Assembly: GCA_011109175.1 (NCBI GenBank)
Contig: RDEW01000001.1
Location: 1,192,360 to 1,256,359 of the forward strand
Length of the DNA stretch: 64,000 nucleotides
Source of the DNA: Dicyema japonicum
Lineage: Eukaryota > Animalia > Dicyemida
Direction of reading: 5' to 3'
The notes under the pieces are model-generated. The model saw only the letters and a list, made by a program, of their open reading frames with translations, ran no database searches and was not told where the DNA came from. The position numbers and the translations under genes are program-made. Shown here in pieces: positions 1-12,595 of the stretch (its first letter is position 1; each line of letters opens with the position of its first letter).

Positions 1-1320
1 ATAAAAACGTAATTTCATCAATCCTTTTGCTTTCATTTTCTTTGAGAGTGATTTTGTTGTCAGTAAATCACTGTGTCCCCATCATGTAGCACAACGACCA
101 AAATTTGACCTTTTAAAATAAAACTGTGGTAAAATTAAATAAATTATAATTCTTGTTACATTAATATTCATTTTATTCACTATTTGAATATAATGGTTTT
201 TTTGATTGAACTGGTGACATGGTTCTAAAATAAGAATTGCTGTCTTCTTCACATGATTAGGGTGAACTCTAACGCTGATGTCATTTAATGTTTGAAACTT
301 TAAAAAAGTGGAAAAGGGACGACTATATTTAATATCCAAGAGACTAAAGTAATGGAGGGATTCTAGGAGAAGTATAGAGAATGTAGTCTTTTATCTCTTT
401 TTTGCTATCCACAAGTGTTTTGATAAGAGAATCTACAGAGTATGGGAAGTTATGACAGGATAGCTACACTCCAGATAAAAACATGGAAAGCCGATGGATC
501 CCTTATTTCTATTGTTATTATGTACACTCATACTATGGGAAGGGTCTCTAAAAACACCGTCCAATTAGACTCATTCTACTCATTCAACCGACACTATCTC
601 TGGTCTCAAATGCCATTTTTTAATGACATCATTCATGAATTTTTATCTGGTGACAGGAACGGGAAAGTCGGTTATTGTCTATTGAGAGAACCCTGTCTTG
701 GGAGGCATGTAGGGGGTGAGAAATATATAGGGTTTTCCTATCAATAACGACACTTCGTTTGGAGATCAAGAAGAAGATTGTTCAACATGGAAAACCTATA
801 ATCTGGAATGTCACTGTCGAGGCTATTAAAAAAGCATGTCTACTCCTTTTGGGATATCCGTTGAAAGACCAGAGGGTGGATAGGTGCCATCTGTCTTTTT
901 TATTGTATACCTTGAAGCAGCTCTGAGATCTCTCAGGACATATGCCAATGGAAATAGTTTGTGCCTACAGCATTCATTTTGTAGGCGAAAATGGCTGTGA
1001 ATTGGAACGGTTATCAGTCATAATTCCCAATGAATTAAAAAACTGGTTTTTTGAACGTCAATCAAGACAAGACCGATTTATAACAATTACAAGAGAACCT
1101 GAGTATGGTGAAGAAGGTTGGGGGAATAAAAATTGGATCTTTACTCGGAGACAGTGAGGGCATGATGCACAGGAGGGTCATAACGGCAGCAAAGTATAAA
1201 AATGGAAAACATATGGAGCAAGAGAAAATTCTTGAAAATGAATTTGAGAATAAGAAAATATAATTAGTTTGGTTTTACCGTGGTCTTGGGTTAAATAAAT
1301 AAAAAAATAACGCATTCATA

Positions 1321-1790
1321 AAGCCAACGTTGATGTAAAATTCGGGAACATGTGGGGCTATTGAGGCAGAGCTTCAAAAGATGGATACCCTTCAGAGAAA
1401 AAATTTACGAAAGCTATCAGTTTCGGAGTGGCCAAAAAATAAGAGACTACATTGTGCAACCAAATCAATCCCTTGAGCACGGAAATCACTGAATCGAGGT
1501 TGAGACTTTTTGGGTACGTACTGGTTATGGACATAGATTCCCCTACAAATATTGTTATGGAAAAATACTTCAATAGTAAGAAACGACCCCTTTAGAGGAA
1601 GGCCGAGGGTCCTTTAGAAGAACTCTCCCTGTGGCCCTTAATTAGGATCTTAAGGTGATTGGAAAAAAACTCGAATGTACAGATGACCTAGAAGACCAAA
1701 GATCGTTTGCAATGGACAGAACCCGGTGGGGACGTCTATTGAAAAGGATCTTAAATCTTGTATGAACGAGCGTTTAATAATAATATTTTT
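1321..1790 (+). mobile_element. RTE-like non-LTR retrotransposon 3' fragment (family A)
   Basis: Translates to LFGYVLVMDIDSPTNIVMEKYF...FRGRP...LPVALN, alignable to the copies at 28350-28620 (-) and 63340-63560 (+); ends in TAATAATAATA. Confidence 0.75.
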
Positions 1791-2289
1791 GTCCTATATA
1801 AAAAGTAACTGAATGATTAGCATCCATTCAATGAGTGATTGAACAAAAATTGCAAATATTTATAAATTCCCACGAACAGGAGATACCCATGAGCGCTGCT
1901 AGTTATCTGAGCGAATCTCGCTCACCATCCTGAGATGGAATAGCCACACACAGTCGCTGTATGACTTTTTTGTTTAATTTTTTAAAACAATAAAAGTCCA
2001 GTTTTATGAATATTAATAAATCTTAACAAGAAGACATTTCAGAACATTAAATTAAGACATTTCAAGGTCCCGTCTATGAGAGAATACTTTGATGGCCACT
2101 TCCTTGTGATACATAATGTTTAGACACCTCAACAAGATCGATTGATCCGCCAACCACCAACACTGTAATCTTCACAAGTTATATGTCAATTATATTTCAT
2201 TATTGTCATTAAATCTTATTTAATATTTTTTTCCATAATTCCACTCACAAATTAAACCTGAGGTGAGACATACTGTCCCTTAACAAAAT

Positions 2290-2610
2290 CGATGTGAATT
2301 ATAGAAACATGAAGTCTTCCACTGTATTGTTGCATAAAATACCTTATATGGTCAAACGATCGCAGAGAAATTGGTTGCAAATGGCATGGTGTCCGCTCTG
2401 ATTCCCTGGAAGGAACAATTATGCTGAGCAATATTACTGGGAAGAGAAGACCTGGTCGACCGAGGACTCGGTGGCTATCCACGGTAGAAGACGTCACGGG
2501 AATGCCTACATCAAAGCTACTCCAAATTGCGACGGATCTGGGAGAGTGGAGAAAATTGGCTAATGAGATCTTCAAGGTCGGACACGACTTAATTTGGATA
2601 ACATAACTGC
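2290..2610 (+). mobile_element. RTE/BovB-like LINE 3' end fragment
   Basis: ORF 2421-2606 GKRRPGRPRTRWLSTVEDVTG...DLGEWRKL is the typical RTE C-terminus; ends with GTCGGACACGACT, the characteristic BovB/RTE terminal motif. Confidence 0.8.
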
Positions 2611-2791
2611 CCTCAAATTTGAAATAGCTCATGTTCAAAGTATTCTCACGGATATCTTTCATTGACATGAAACAACCCATGTTCAGCTGACAGTAGCTAT
2701 TAAAATCATATTTCTTCAGACCACAATTTCAATAATAAGAGAACAAAAAAAGTTAAAGCCACAGGGAAATGTTAGAAAATAAAATTAATAA

Positions 2792-3974
2792 CTATATTAA
2801 GGGCTCATAGTTACGTTTCCTCATTCTACGAGCAATGAAGAAGGCGACGAGGATAATAATCAAGAGTCCGATGAGTATTGATCCCACAAGTATAGGGATC
2901 AATCTAGAAACCTTATTTTTGCAGTCCAAAGCTGCAATAATTTGCAATAATACCATCTCCCATAAACTCAGTCGAATTATCTGATCTGAAAAATTGAGCT
3001 TTGAGCTGAGTCAGCGTAACTACAGTTCCGTTGCTTAGATCTACGTTTTCACTCTTACAAGTGGCATAATTCTTGGGCCCTGCTTGCATATACTGAGTGT
3101 CTCCACTAAATTCTCGTATCCAAGCAGTGAAAGTAGTCCGATTAACGTAGTAAGTCCCGTCATCGTTGAGAAGAACTTGAAAATTAATGCTGTTCTTTTG
3201 AGATAATAAAGTGAATGATGTAAAATTAGAATCGAGAACTGTCCCATATGCGATCGATGAGGAAGGAAACGAGAAAGATCTGGTCTATTTAAATAATATT
3301 AATTCCATATACTTTATTATTCACTGTATAGTTTACGTTTACGAAAGCACTGAAGATGACAGAAACTGTTCCGTTGTTCTTCACTACCCACGTTGGAACG
3401 GCAGGTTTAGAAGTGGTAGATGTAGTAGTGATTGTCGTGTTAGGAGTAGTCGTTGTAGTAGTAGTCATTGTCGTGTTAGGAGTAGTCGTTGTAGTAGTCA
3501 TTGTCGTGTTAGGAGTAGTCGTTGTAGTAGTCATTGTCGTGTTAGGAGTAGTCATTGTTGTAGTAGTGATTGTCGTGTTAGGAGTAGTCGTTGTTGTAGT
3601 AGTCATTGTCGTGTTAGGAGTAGTCGTTGTAGTAGTCATTGTCGTGTTAGGAGTAGTCGTTGTTGTAGTAGTCATTGTCGTGTAGGAGTAGTCGTTGTAG
3701 TAGTCATTGTCGTGTTAGGAGTAGTCGTTGTTGAAGTTATTGTCGTGTTAGGAGTAGTAGTCATTGTCGTGTTAAGAGTAGTCGTTGTTGTAGTCATTGT
3801 CGTGTCAGGAGTAGTCGTTGTTGTGCTAGCGATGGTAGTCGTGTCAGCAGTGGTCGCAGTACTAGGGTTGACTGTATCCATAGCAGATATTTCATTTGAA
3901 GATGACTTTGAGAATGGTGGGTTGCAAACAAAGCAAAGAACAAGTAAAAAGAATAGAAGCGTAATAACTGACAT
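2792..3974 (-). CDS. LAMP/CD68-like lysosomal membrane glycoprotein with N-terminal mucin domain
   Basis: Signal peptide MSVITLLFFLLVLCFVC, Thr-rich repeats, a beta-rich luminal domain, 22-nt intron 2932-2953, then ALDCKNKVSRLIPILVGSILIGLLIIILVAFFIARRMRKRNYEPLI* (TM helix plus YxxL sorting motif). One-base frameshift at ~3683 inside the repeat. Confidence 0.8.
3410..3850 (-). repeat. Coding tandem repeat, ~27-33 nt units encoding (T)nPNTTM
   Basis: Repeated GTCATTGTCGTGTTAGGAGTAGTCGTTGTAGTA-like units on the + strand, more than a dozen copies. Confidence 0.95.
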
Positions 3975-4068
3975 ACTTTTATGCGATTTTGATAAAACTA
4001 ACAATTGTTGTATTTAATGTCATACGTAAACCACAAAACGAAATTAAATCCCAGATAAATAATCAAAA

Positions 4069-5069
4069 CTAATTAACTTCCTCGTATGAGAATCTTCTCG
4101 TCTTTCTTGCGACAAAGAAAGACACGAGGATCACAACTAGAAGGCCCACCAAGACAGATACCACGACAATCGGCACTATTTTTGATTTCTTTTGAATGCA
4201 GTCCATTGCTTTAATAAATCCACTAAAAGTAAACCGGTTCCCGAGAAATCCTCAGATTTATCATCGCGGAAAAATTGAGCCTTCAGATGAGTGAGTCTTA
4301 CAAGAGAAGACCTCCCCACGTAATATTAATACTTTCACACTTTACGAAGTAGCCCGAACCAGATTGCATATATTTGGTCTTTCCAATGAAAGTACTGACA
4401 CCAGAAGTAAAGTCTGTACGATTGACGAAATAGGAGCCATCCTTATTCAAGAATACGTAAAATTTGATCATATTTTCTCCGGAATTCAGACTGAAAATAC
4501 ACGATGTGTTCGTTAGAACTGACTGTGATGTACTCGCAGAAGCTGGGAAGACAAACTTATTCACCTTAAATTAACAGATAGCTAACTTGTTCCTTGTAGA
4601 AGAGTATGTCACACTTATAGTCGCACTGAAAACAGCGTAGACGATATCTCCGATTTTAGCAGTCCACTTTGGTGGAAATGGGTCGACAGTAGTGGACGGG
4701 GAAGTTTGACTCGTATTCTCATTAGTTAAATTAACGTTGTGATGTTTTAGTCTCTTTTGATGTATTGGTATCTTGTGATGTATTGGTCTCTTGTGATGTA
4801 TTGGTCTCTCGTGATGTATTGGTCTCTTGTGATGTATTGGTCTATTGTGATGTATTGTCTATTGTGATGTATTGGTCTATTGTGATGTATTGGTCTATTG
4901 TGATGTATTGGTTTCTTGTGAGTAGTTCTCTCGGTGAAATTGGCTGTTAAATTAGCAGTGGGTGCAGGTGTACTTGTGGTGGTTATCGCTGTTGAAATAT
5001 TATTTTTTGTGTCTTCCAAGGAGTTCAAGCGAAGACAACAGTAAAGCAAAAAAAGAATCCACAAATCAT
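4069..5069 (-). pseudogene. Second LAMP-like paralog, disrupted
   Basis: Same architecture and intron positions as 2792-3974; ends AMDCIQKKSKIVPIVVVSVLVGLLVVILVSFFVARKTRRFSYEEVN*. Several frameshifts, and four TAG codons in the TNTSQE repeat frame. Confidence 0.7.
4750..4920 (-). repeat. 18-bp tandem repeat (ACCAATACATCACAAGAG, TNTSQE)
   Basis: About 9 copies of CTCTTGTGATGTATTGGT / CTATTGTGATGTATTGGT on the + strand. Confidence 0.95.
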
Positions 5070-5914
5070 CTGTGACTGAACCAAATAAACTGGAATAAGT
5101 GTGTCAAATATTTATTTAAATTTATATTTATTACCGATGAGGTCAATTCGATTATTCATTTTGATAATAAATATATAATTTAAAATATTTAATTTGTAGA
5201 TAACCAATTGATTAAAATAATGTCTGGTGTTATTATTATTAAATATAAATTTGTTTTTTAGTATGGTTAACCGTCGGTAATCGATTGTGTAAAAACAGTG
5301 ATTTTCGCTTTTACCAATATATTAATATTCCTTGTAGCTTAAATACGTTGTCTAGCTCAAACTTATACTTTAATTAAAAATAAATATATTCTATCAAAAA
5401 GCAATAAATTATGTATAGTCTGACCTCGATTCGGAGAAAACCTTTCTCGGTTTTTAGAACACCCTCAGATTGAACACTTGGTAGGATTGAAATAAAAATA
5501 GAAAAGCCCAAAAACCTCGTATGGAACAAAATTAATTAATTGTGACTTATTTAATCGTTTATTTTAAAATAAAATTTCAAGTTGACTTAATATCCTTGTG
5601 GCGTTTTTAAGATGAGCTTAAATACCAAGACTACGAAAAGATATTGATCCTAATGACATTTTCCTCTATGAAATTGTCACAGATCATAAAAGGCCCTCAA
5701 GAGAATCCTTTTTTGAGAGTCAACTTGCCACATGAGGTAGTGACGATTCTTGAGTTCATGTGGTTGCGAATAAATGCAAAAAATGATCATGTAAGATGGG
5801 ATTCTTTTAAGCCAGATAATATCACTGAAACCCCCCGTAGCTTATTTGATGTAGTTTAAAAATTGGGAACATCCCCGTGATTGTAATTGTCAGTCATCAT
5901 AATTTCATCTAGAC

Positions 5915-7427
5915 CAGAGCTTTTCAAAAAATAATTCCGCGGCACACTAATCGTAAAAAAATAATCCACGGCACACATTAAAAAATTAAATTTTTAAGAT
6001 GTGTAAAACTAAGTACAAAAATTGAGAATTTAATCCCCAAATTTTTATTAATAATAAAAATAAAATCTTAATTATTATTGTTTTGCATATATCATCAATA
6101 TCAGGTCGAATGGTTGACAAAGCCACCCGCATTTCAGCATCAATGTTTCAAACTTTCACGTTTGTTATATTTCATATTATGCAGCGTAGAAAAACCTGTT
6201 TCGCATAAATAGGTCGTTGAGAACTGTAAAATTATGGTCAGTGCTTGTTTTGATAAACTGGGATATATGTTTCGAATATATATCCAGAATTCTCCAATGT
6301 CTAACTCCGTCATCATTAATTTTAAAGATCGATCATTAAACAGTGCAATAAGTTCTTCATTTTCTTTAACAGATAAGTGTTTTGATTCTGACACAAGAAA
6401 AGGATTTCGTATCTAAAAAATATTTAAAAAATAATAACCCAATCGAATTTTTCAATTTCTAAGTCTGGAAAATAAGCATCCATTTTGTTTTTCCAAAATT
6501 ATTAAATATTCATTAATCAGTCCCTGTATCGATTCACCATTATATCCTTATTATAATTAAAATATAAAATAAACCATTCGTATTAGGAAACATAGTATAA
6601 TCGCCATCTAAAACCCTTTTTCTCCAAAAACTGATTTTCATTTTCAAAGAATTTAATTTGTCCGTCGACGATAAAATAGTCTCAGAACCTCCTTGCATAC
6701 TTGCAATATTCTCCGACAAAGCACAAATCCGACGAGAAACAGTGTTATCTGACAAAGGTATCTTCATTATTTTTTGTTCATATTTATGACAAAACATTGT
6801 CCGAGCAATAATACGACAAGCAGGGATTATCAAGTTTTCGCCAATAGTGTGAGGTTTTAGTTGTTTTTGCTATCAATTCTGAGATCAGGTATGAACATTT
6901 CAATGATTCCTTTGTGTTTACAAAAGTTTCACTGAACATCATTTGACTAGATCTACGATTCATAGTAAAAACTAAATAATACTTGTGTTGTTTTTTCAAA
7001 TGGATAAAATAATCCACAGATTTTTCGGAATAGTCCGGATGCTTGGAAGTAAAATGTCTCTTTAGTTTGCTAGGAACCATAGCATCATTTGCCAAGACTT
7101 CCATACAAATTAGACATTGAGGTAGTTTATTTTTATCTATGCATATAAATCCAAATGACAAATAAGAATCTTTATAAGAACGACGAACTGATTTACCCAT
7201 AACCACGTTGATGCGCACGTTATTAAAAAATTATTAAATAATGGTTAACCAATGTAAATGTCATTTAATATATAATAAAAAAATGATTATTTTAATTTAT
7301 TTATCTTTTTAAATTAATTAGGTCAAAAAATGTATATAAATTTATTCAAATTTGTATTTGGCAGGCGGCACACTAGAAATTGTCTCGCGGCACACTTAGT
7401 GTGCCGGCACACGTTTGACAACCTCTG
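5915..7427 (-). mobile_element. hAT/Buster-type DNA transposon, internally deleted
   Basis: TIRs CAGAGCTTTTCAAA / TTTGACAACCTCTG; perfect 8-bp TSD ATCTAGAC (5907-5914, 7428-7435) with central TA; subterminal CGGCACAC repeats. Transposase fragments: BED finger YLSFGF...PQCLIC...KLKRHFTSKH, IPLSDNTVSRRI, and C-terminal FSTTYLCETGFS. Confidence 0.93.
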
Positions 7428-7587
7428 ATCTAGACAGAGAAAACTAATGAAGACATCGAGCTAATGCAACCCATTGTCTTAAGAGAATTTGTTAATCGAG
7501 TAATTTCTTTAGTAAATATCTGTGTGGAACCACTTCTATTATATCGCAACACTGTGATCGCTAAGGCACAAGAACCTTTGAATTGTG

Positions 7588-7655
7588 TAACAGTCCAACC
7601 TCGATTGGAACACCAAGCGTTCCAAAAACAGAAGTTGTTCCAAAAGTGAGGTTTT
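7588..7655 (+). mobile_element. Possible pogo/Tc1-like element end
   Basis: CAGTCCAACCTCGATTGGAAC...GTTCCAAAAGTGAGGTT resembles pogo/Tigger-type termini with an internal inverted repeat; no partner end found. Confidence 0.3.
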
Positions 7656-8004
7656 AACTTTAAAGTTAAAATAAGTAAAATAATGTGATTAGACTAAACT
7701 AAACTAACATATCATTCTTTTTGTGTAGCTTCTCAACTTCTGTATAAAGTTATTAATAATAATAATTTATGAAATAATAATAAAAACTTAAAAATTTTTA
7801 ATGTCGTGCATTGGTAAAAAATGTTCAATTCTTATTCCAAATCCATATTTTTTTCAAGTTTAGCTGTAATTTTCTCCTAAACGAGTAAATCTAAGGGAAT
7901 CCGGAGGGATGTCTAAAATGAATTCTTCCAAATCATTAATTTGTTTAAGGGTTCCTTTTATTGTTTCATTTTCTCCAATACTATGTTTCATCATAGATTT
8001 CTTC

Positions 8005-8095
8005 CTCTGTCGAAGTGGAAACTGGATACACTTAATTAGTTTGTTCACTTTAACTTCATTCTCGGTGTATCCGGGGTTAATAAATAAATTAATTC
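8005..8095 (+). mobile_element. LINE-type 3' tail fragment
   Basis: GAAGTGGAAACTGGATACACTTAATTAG...TCTCGGTGTATCCGGGGTTAATAAATAAA, nearly identical to 52865-52941 and to the reverse complement of 45905-45970. Confidence 0.8.
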
Positions 8096-9419
8096 GCAAC
8101 CAATATTTAATTGCCTTGACTTTGGATTCGTTAAAAAATACATTTTTATGATTGAATATCATAGAGCTAAAGGTATTTTAGCGGACAAAACAGATTTTAT
8201 TCATTTTATTTTATAACCAAGACCACGGTAATTATTATGTCACATGGGCCAAGCGTTACCTATGGGCAGCCTGTTACATTAACCTTGAACCAAGATTAAC
8301 TTCAATTAACTTAATTAATTTTATAAATGATTTATTAACCACAAAAATTAAATTTAGAGTAACTCTCGTTTTCTCGTGTTTTATTCATACATCTTCCCAT
8401 ACTTGCGGTGAAGTCCAAATAATTATTTTTATCCAATTGCACGACAGAAGATGTGATTTTTCCATGTAAAAATAATATCGTAGTTATTGTCTCCAAACTT
8501 TCAGTGTTCCTCTTATATGATCAGTTACAGAAAGTCAGGATATAACCAGTAAATCAAGAGAGGTTCAAAATGATGGACAAGATGAGTTAGGAAATTGGGA
8601 TTCTCTTTGGTTCAAAGTAGAAGCTACAAGCGAATGATTTAACCCTGAGTCTGACCGAAGTCCATTTAAATTCTAATAAATTATAACTTCTCGGCATCAT
8701 TTGAACATTTTATCGCAACATCAATTTAAATATTTTACCGGCATAATATAAATATTGAACTCTATGAAAATTTAATTCCGCAGCATCCAATCTTACAGCC
8801 TATATAAAAATCTCTGTTTTTCCTCTAAGTAGACTTTGCCAACTTGTCCCTACTTCCTTTTAATCGAACTATTAAAGTTATACTTTCTCGACTAGATTTT
8901 TGGTAAAAAACAGATCTTTATAAATTATGATAGTACTGCACGTGTATTCGGCTCTGTTTTCAACGTAGAATCAGGTCAATTTATTTTCGTTTAGTTTAAC
9001 GTCTTCTATGTATGTCGAGGCATACCATCGAAGAACTCTTAAATGCTAGGTTGGTAGCTCTTCTTCTAAGTGGATATACTGGAAAGCAGTTTAGTTAATT
9101 AACGTTTAATCGAGTAATATTCAGTTCCCACAGTTGAAATAAAGAAAAGAGAATTCATTTTAATTCCGGCCAAACACTGAACGTTTTTATAAAATTTGTT
9201 CATTAATTAATGAAAATTTTATATTATTATTGTCCAATCAAAAACAGTTTAATCATAAAACTAATAGTTTACAACTACTCGCTGCTCTCATAATTAAGAA
9301 CGGATTTCCCCTGACGATTTACAAAGAATTGTCCTCAATGAGCCAGCTCATTTCTCTCCTATCATTTTTCTTCGCAATGAGCGATCCGTCGACGAGTCAG
9401 CTACTTTATTAGGACTTGA

Positions 9420-9830
9420 CTAAGTATAGAAGATCGATATGCTGTCTTCAAGAGACGAAAGTCAAAGAAGGCCTCGATGAATGGCACGGAGATTACACAC
9501 TAATTTTACTTACTGCTGACTGTAGACACTCTGGACAAGGGTTCGGGGCGTTTAAGGACTTTCTTCATGGACTATCCAGTTACTAAAGAATCAGTGACAG
9601 AGTAATCTTTATTCAATTACGCCTAATGGAGCTCGGAGATCGATGTTCAGTGTCAACGTAGAATTTGAGCCACAAAACTATCTCGCAAAACAAAATTCAG
9701 AAGATACCCGTAGTTGACTTCACATTCTTAACCATTTCAACCCATGTTGAAATCCTCGGAGTTACCTTCGACACCTTCTTAACCATTTCAAATAGTCATA
9801 AAGCAACGAGAACCTTAGAAACAATTATAA
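9420..9830 (+). mobile_element. Degenerate LINE fragments (AP endonuclease and RT C-terminus)
   Basis: Degenerate ID..CLQETK-type APE motif at ~9432-9460; ILGVTFDT motif at ~9750. Confidence 0.6.
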
Positions 9831-10310
9831 CCAGATTGATTAAATAAATTGTTGTGCAAAAGACAAATCTCTTTTACTCGACTCGAGATCTTACGATGGA
9901 CTTCAGTAAATAGTGACAAAAAAATGTCTCTGCTAGACTCGGCTAAGGAACCTTAAGGAGGCGGAAAAATGAAAGGAATAGGTTTTCTCTGCAAGGATCA
10001 AAGAAGGCATTTCCGTTCGGCAGTGGGAACAATGGAGGTAAGGTCCGTTTTAATTTTAAGCTGCTTGGTTAAATAATTATCAATAATTTCTACTTATTTA
10101 TCCCAAGATGCGATGCAATAGAGATTGACTGAAGTGCAATTGGTTTCATGCACGTCATGATCATTTTAATGTATCCAGAGATCTCCTGCGTTTATTACTC
10201 AGTCGATACTCAGTCCCAATCATCAAATTATAAAAAAATAATAAAAATTTATGAAATTCAAATAAAAAATAAATAAAATTAATGTTATTAAAATATATTC
10301 AAGTTATAAA

Positions 10311-12595
10311 ATGGAAACACCTTCATTATATGCATTATGCATTAATAATATTCGAATATACTTTTTTTTGTACTATAACGAAGAAAAATATAAAAAATTA
10401 AACGACAAGTCTAAAAAAATGTTGTCCGAAAGAATCAATTATGAATTGGAATATTTGAATTCATGTCCTGAGAACGATCTATATTTTCAAGATTCAAGTT
10501 TTTATAGGATATCGGATGTAGTACGGAAAGACATATTTTGCCTGGAATTGACTCGTGAAGATGTTGACATTAAGGACGTTGTTAATATGACTCAAGTTTA
10601 TCCAAATTTATCAAATATTACAATAGGAAGGATTTTTTCATCAGAAACGAATCCTTTTCTACCATTTTCCCCCAATGAGGTCAAATCATTCACATTATTG
10701 TTTTATGATGACCCAGATTTGCTACATCAGCTATTTATGACTGGGTTTAAAAAACTAAGGTATCTCAACCGCATTATTTATAACAGTACACTAAAAATAA
10801 TTGAAAAACTGGAACGCATAAATTTTCACAACGTCTTAATTACTGATTTTGCGAAATTTATTGAAAGCATTAACAGTCCAGCGTCTTTAAGGTTTATTTA
10901 TATCAAATTTAGATATTTTATACATACATGTGACAGAAAATTAAAAGGAAATAGTTGTAATTTTTTTTCTCTTTTACAAAAAGCCAAGAATCTTACTTGC
11001 ATGAATTTATCTGGATATTTTATTAAAAGAAAAACACTAATAAAGTTAACCAAGTTATTATTTTAATAATTATAGACGAATCGAAAAACTAGGATTTAAA
11101 AAATTTCATCATAAGAAAATTTTACATTTCAGTAAAAATACACGCGATTCTGTATATTTAATAAAGAATATAGAACGATCAGCAATCAATTTTAAATAAT
11201 CTTTTCTCGACTGCTCAACATTTCGATAATAAAATCGAACTTTTGATTTATGTTATTTTAGAGATTACAAAAAACTTATCTGACTATAAAGTTGATTTTA
11301 AAATTGAAAATAAATTATTAAAACCATTTTTGAAAGTAATTTAAAATATAAATTTAGTTTATCCGTCGGCGCAATTATGATGATGTATATTTCATTAGAT
11401 TTATATACAACATAACGAGTAACCAATCTATTTCATATGCTACTAGATGGTATGAGTAGATTTCATCCATAGTGTTATTTTTGACATTTTTCTTGAGATC
11501 ATAACCTATGTTGATTCCAATTTTGTATCACTATCTGATATCTAATTTATAGTGGTTTACTAGTTTTTCGCAATTTTAGACCTTGGGAGATATCTATTTT
11601 TGTTAGTTAATTCTTATTTTAGCTTCCTGCACTGTCAATTATCATTACAAGTATTACTCGCCGATTTCAATTTTCACCTAATCTTATAATAATCATAAAA
11701 AATATGAGTATCGAATTTCTAGCCTATGTTGGCTATTCTGAAAGACTTGTCAAAGTTCATAAGACAATATAATTTTAGTTGTGTGTTGAACAATTTAAAA
11801 CAGAAGACTTTAATGATTCCACCAATTTTTATTTGTTGAACTTTCTTTTAGGTATTCAAAATATATTTGTAGAAGACAATGAAAAGAATATAAATTTGTT
11901 TCTCGATTCTAATGGAATTTATTATATCTATAATTTTTTCGAGAGATATTTTGTTTCTCCACCAAATTCCGAATATTTATTAATTCTCGTTATTGATATA
12001 GTCGAAAATTTAGCCAAATACACACACACCAGACATTTAATGTGGGCATATGGTCTGATAAATCCTATATTGTAAAATTGTTGTTTATTGAAAAGGGACG
12101 CAGAGTATCCTTACTATAATAATTGTGTAAACTATTCTATATTGCGATGTATCTGCCAGATGTTACGTGATCCAAATGATATTTTTCCTCTTTTTATGAA
12201 TTATGATTTTAGCGATTTGAATCCACAAGAACCCATTCTATATAAAATTGTTCAGTTTATTAAAAATAATCCTTTTGAAAACGATAATTATTGTGATAGG
12301 TGTTATTTCCTATTTTCAATCTTAGGTCAATGAAGTCAACGATAAATTTATTGAATGTAAACGCAGATGAACGAATTTGGCTTTGGGCTGTGTGGGAATG
12401 TGATAATCTAGCAAGGATATATTGTTTTTTCTTATTTTTATTATAAAACGTAGATAAATGGACATGCTTATTTCTCATAACATAATTATGAACATTGAGA
12501 ATATCTGTCTCTTATCCAATATGGAAGAGATCTATTATTATGCTGAAATTTTTTGAATAAATTACAATGCCGTTATTTTTTATAATTTAGAATAA
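10311..12595 (+). CDS. ZYG11/ZER1-family Cullin-2 substrate receptor (BC box, LRR, ARM), highly diverged
   Basis: N-terminal BC-box-like PSLYALCINNI; LRR-like segments; ARM-region NINLFLDSNGIYYIYNFF...IVENLAKY and IWLWAVWECDNL match the ZYG11/ZER1 pattern; frame restored by ~22-nt GT-AG introns. 3' end approximate. Confidence 0.6.

Noticed and set aside
340-1260. ORFs 442-747 and 942-1157
   Set aside because: No recognisable family; interrupted frames suggest a decayed element, but I cannot support a call.
3211-4017. Long Val/Ile-rich and Arg/Ser/Cys-rich ORFs on the + strand
   Set aside because: Antisense shadows of the Thr-rich LAMP repeat.
4835-4915. TAG reassigned to a sense codon
   Set aside because: TAG terminates several well-supported genes here (LAMP, FGD-like, MRM1), and the same paralog has independent frameshifts.
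8340-9212. Possible minus-strand multi-exon gene
   Set aside because: A start and a 25-nt GT-AG intron are plausible, but I could not build a continuous frame or recognise a product.
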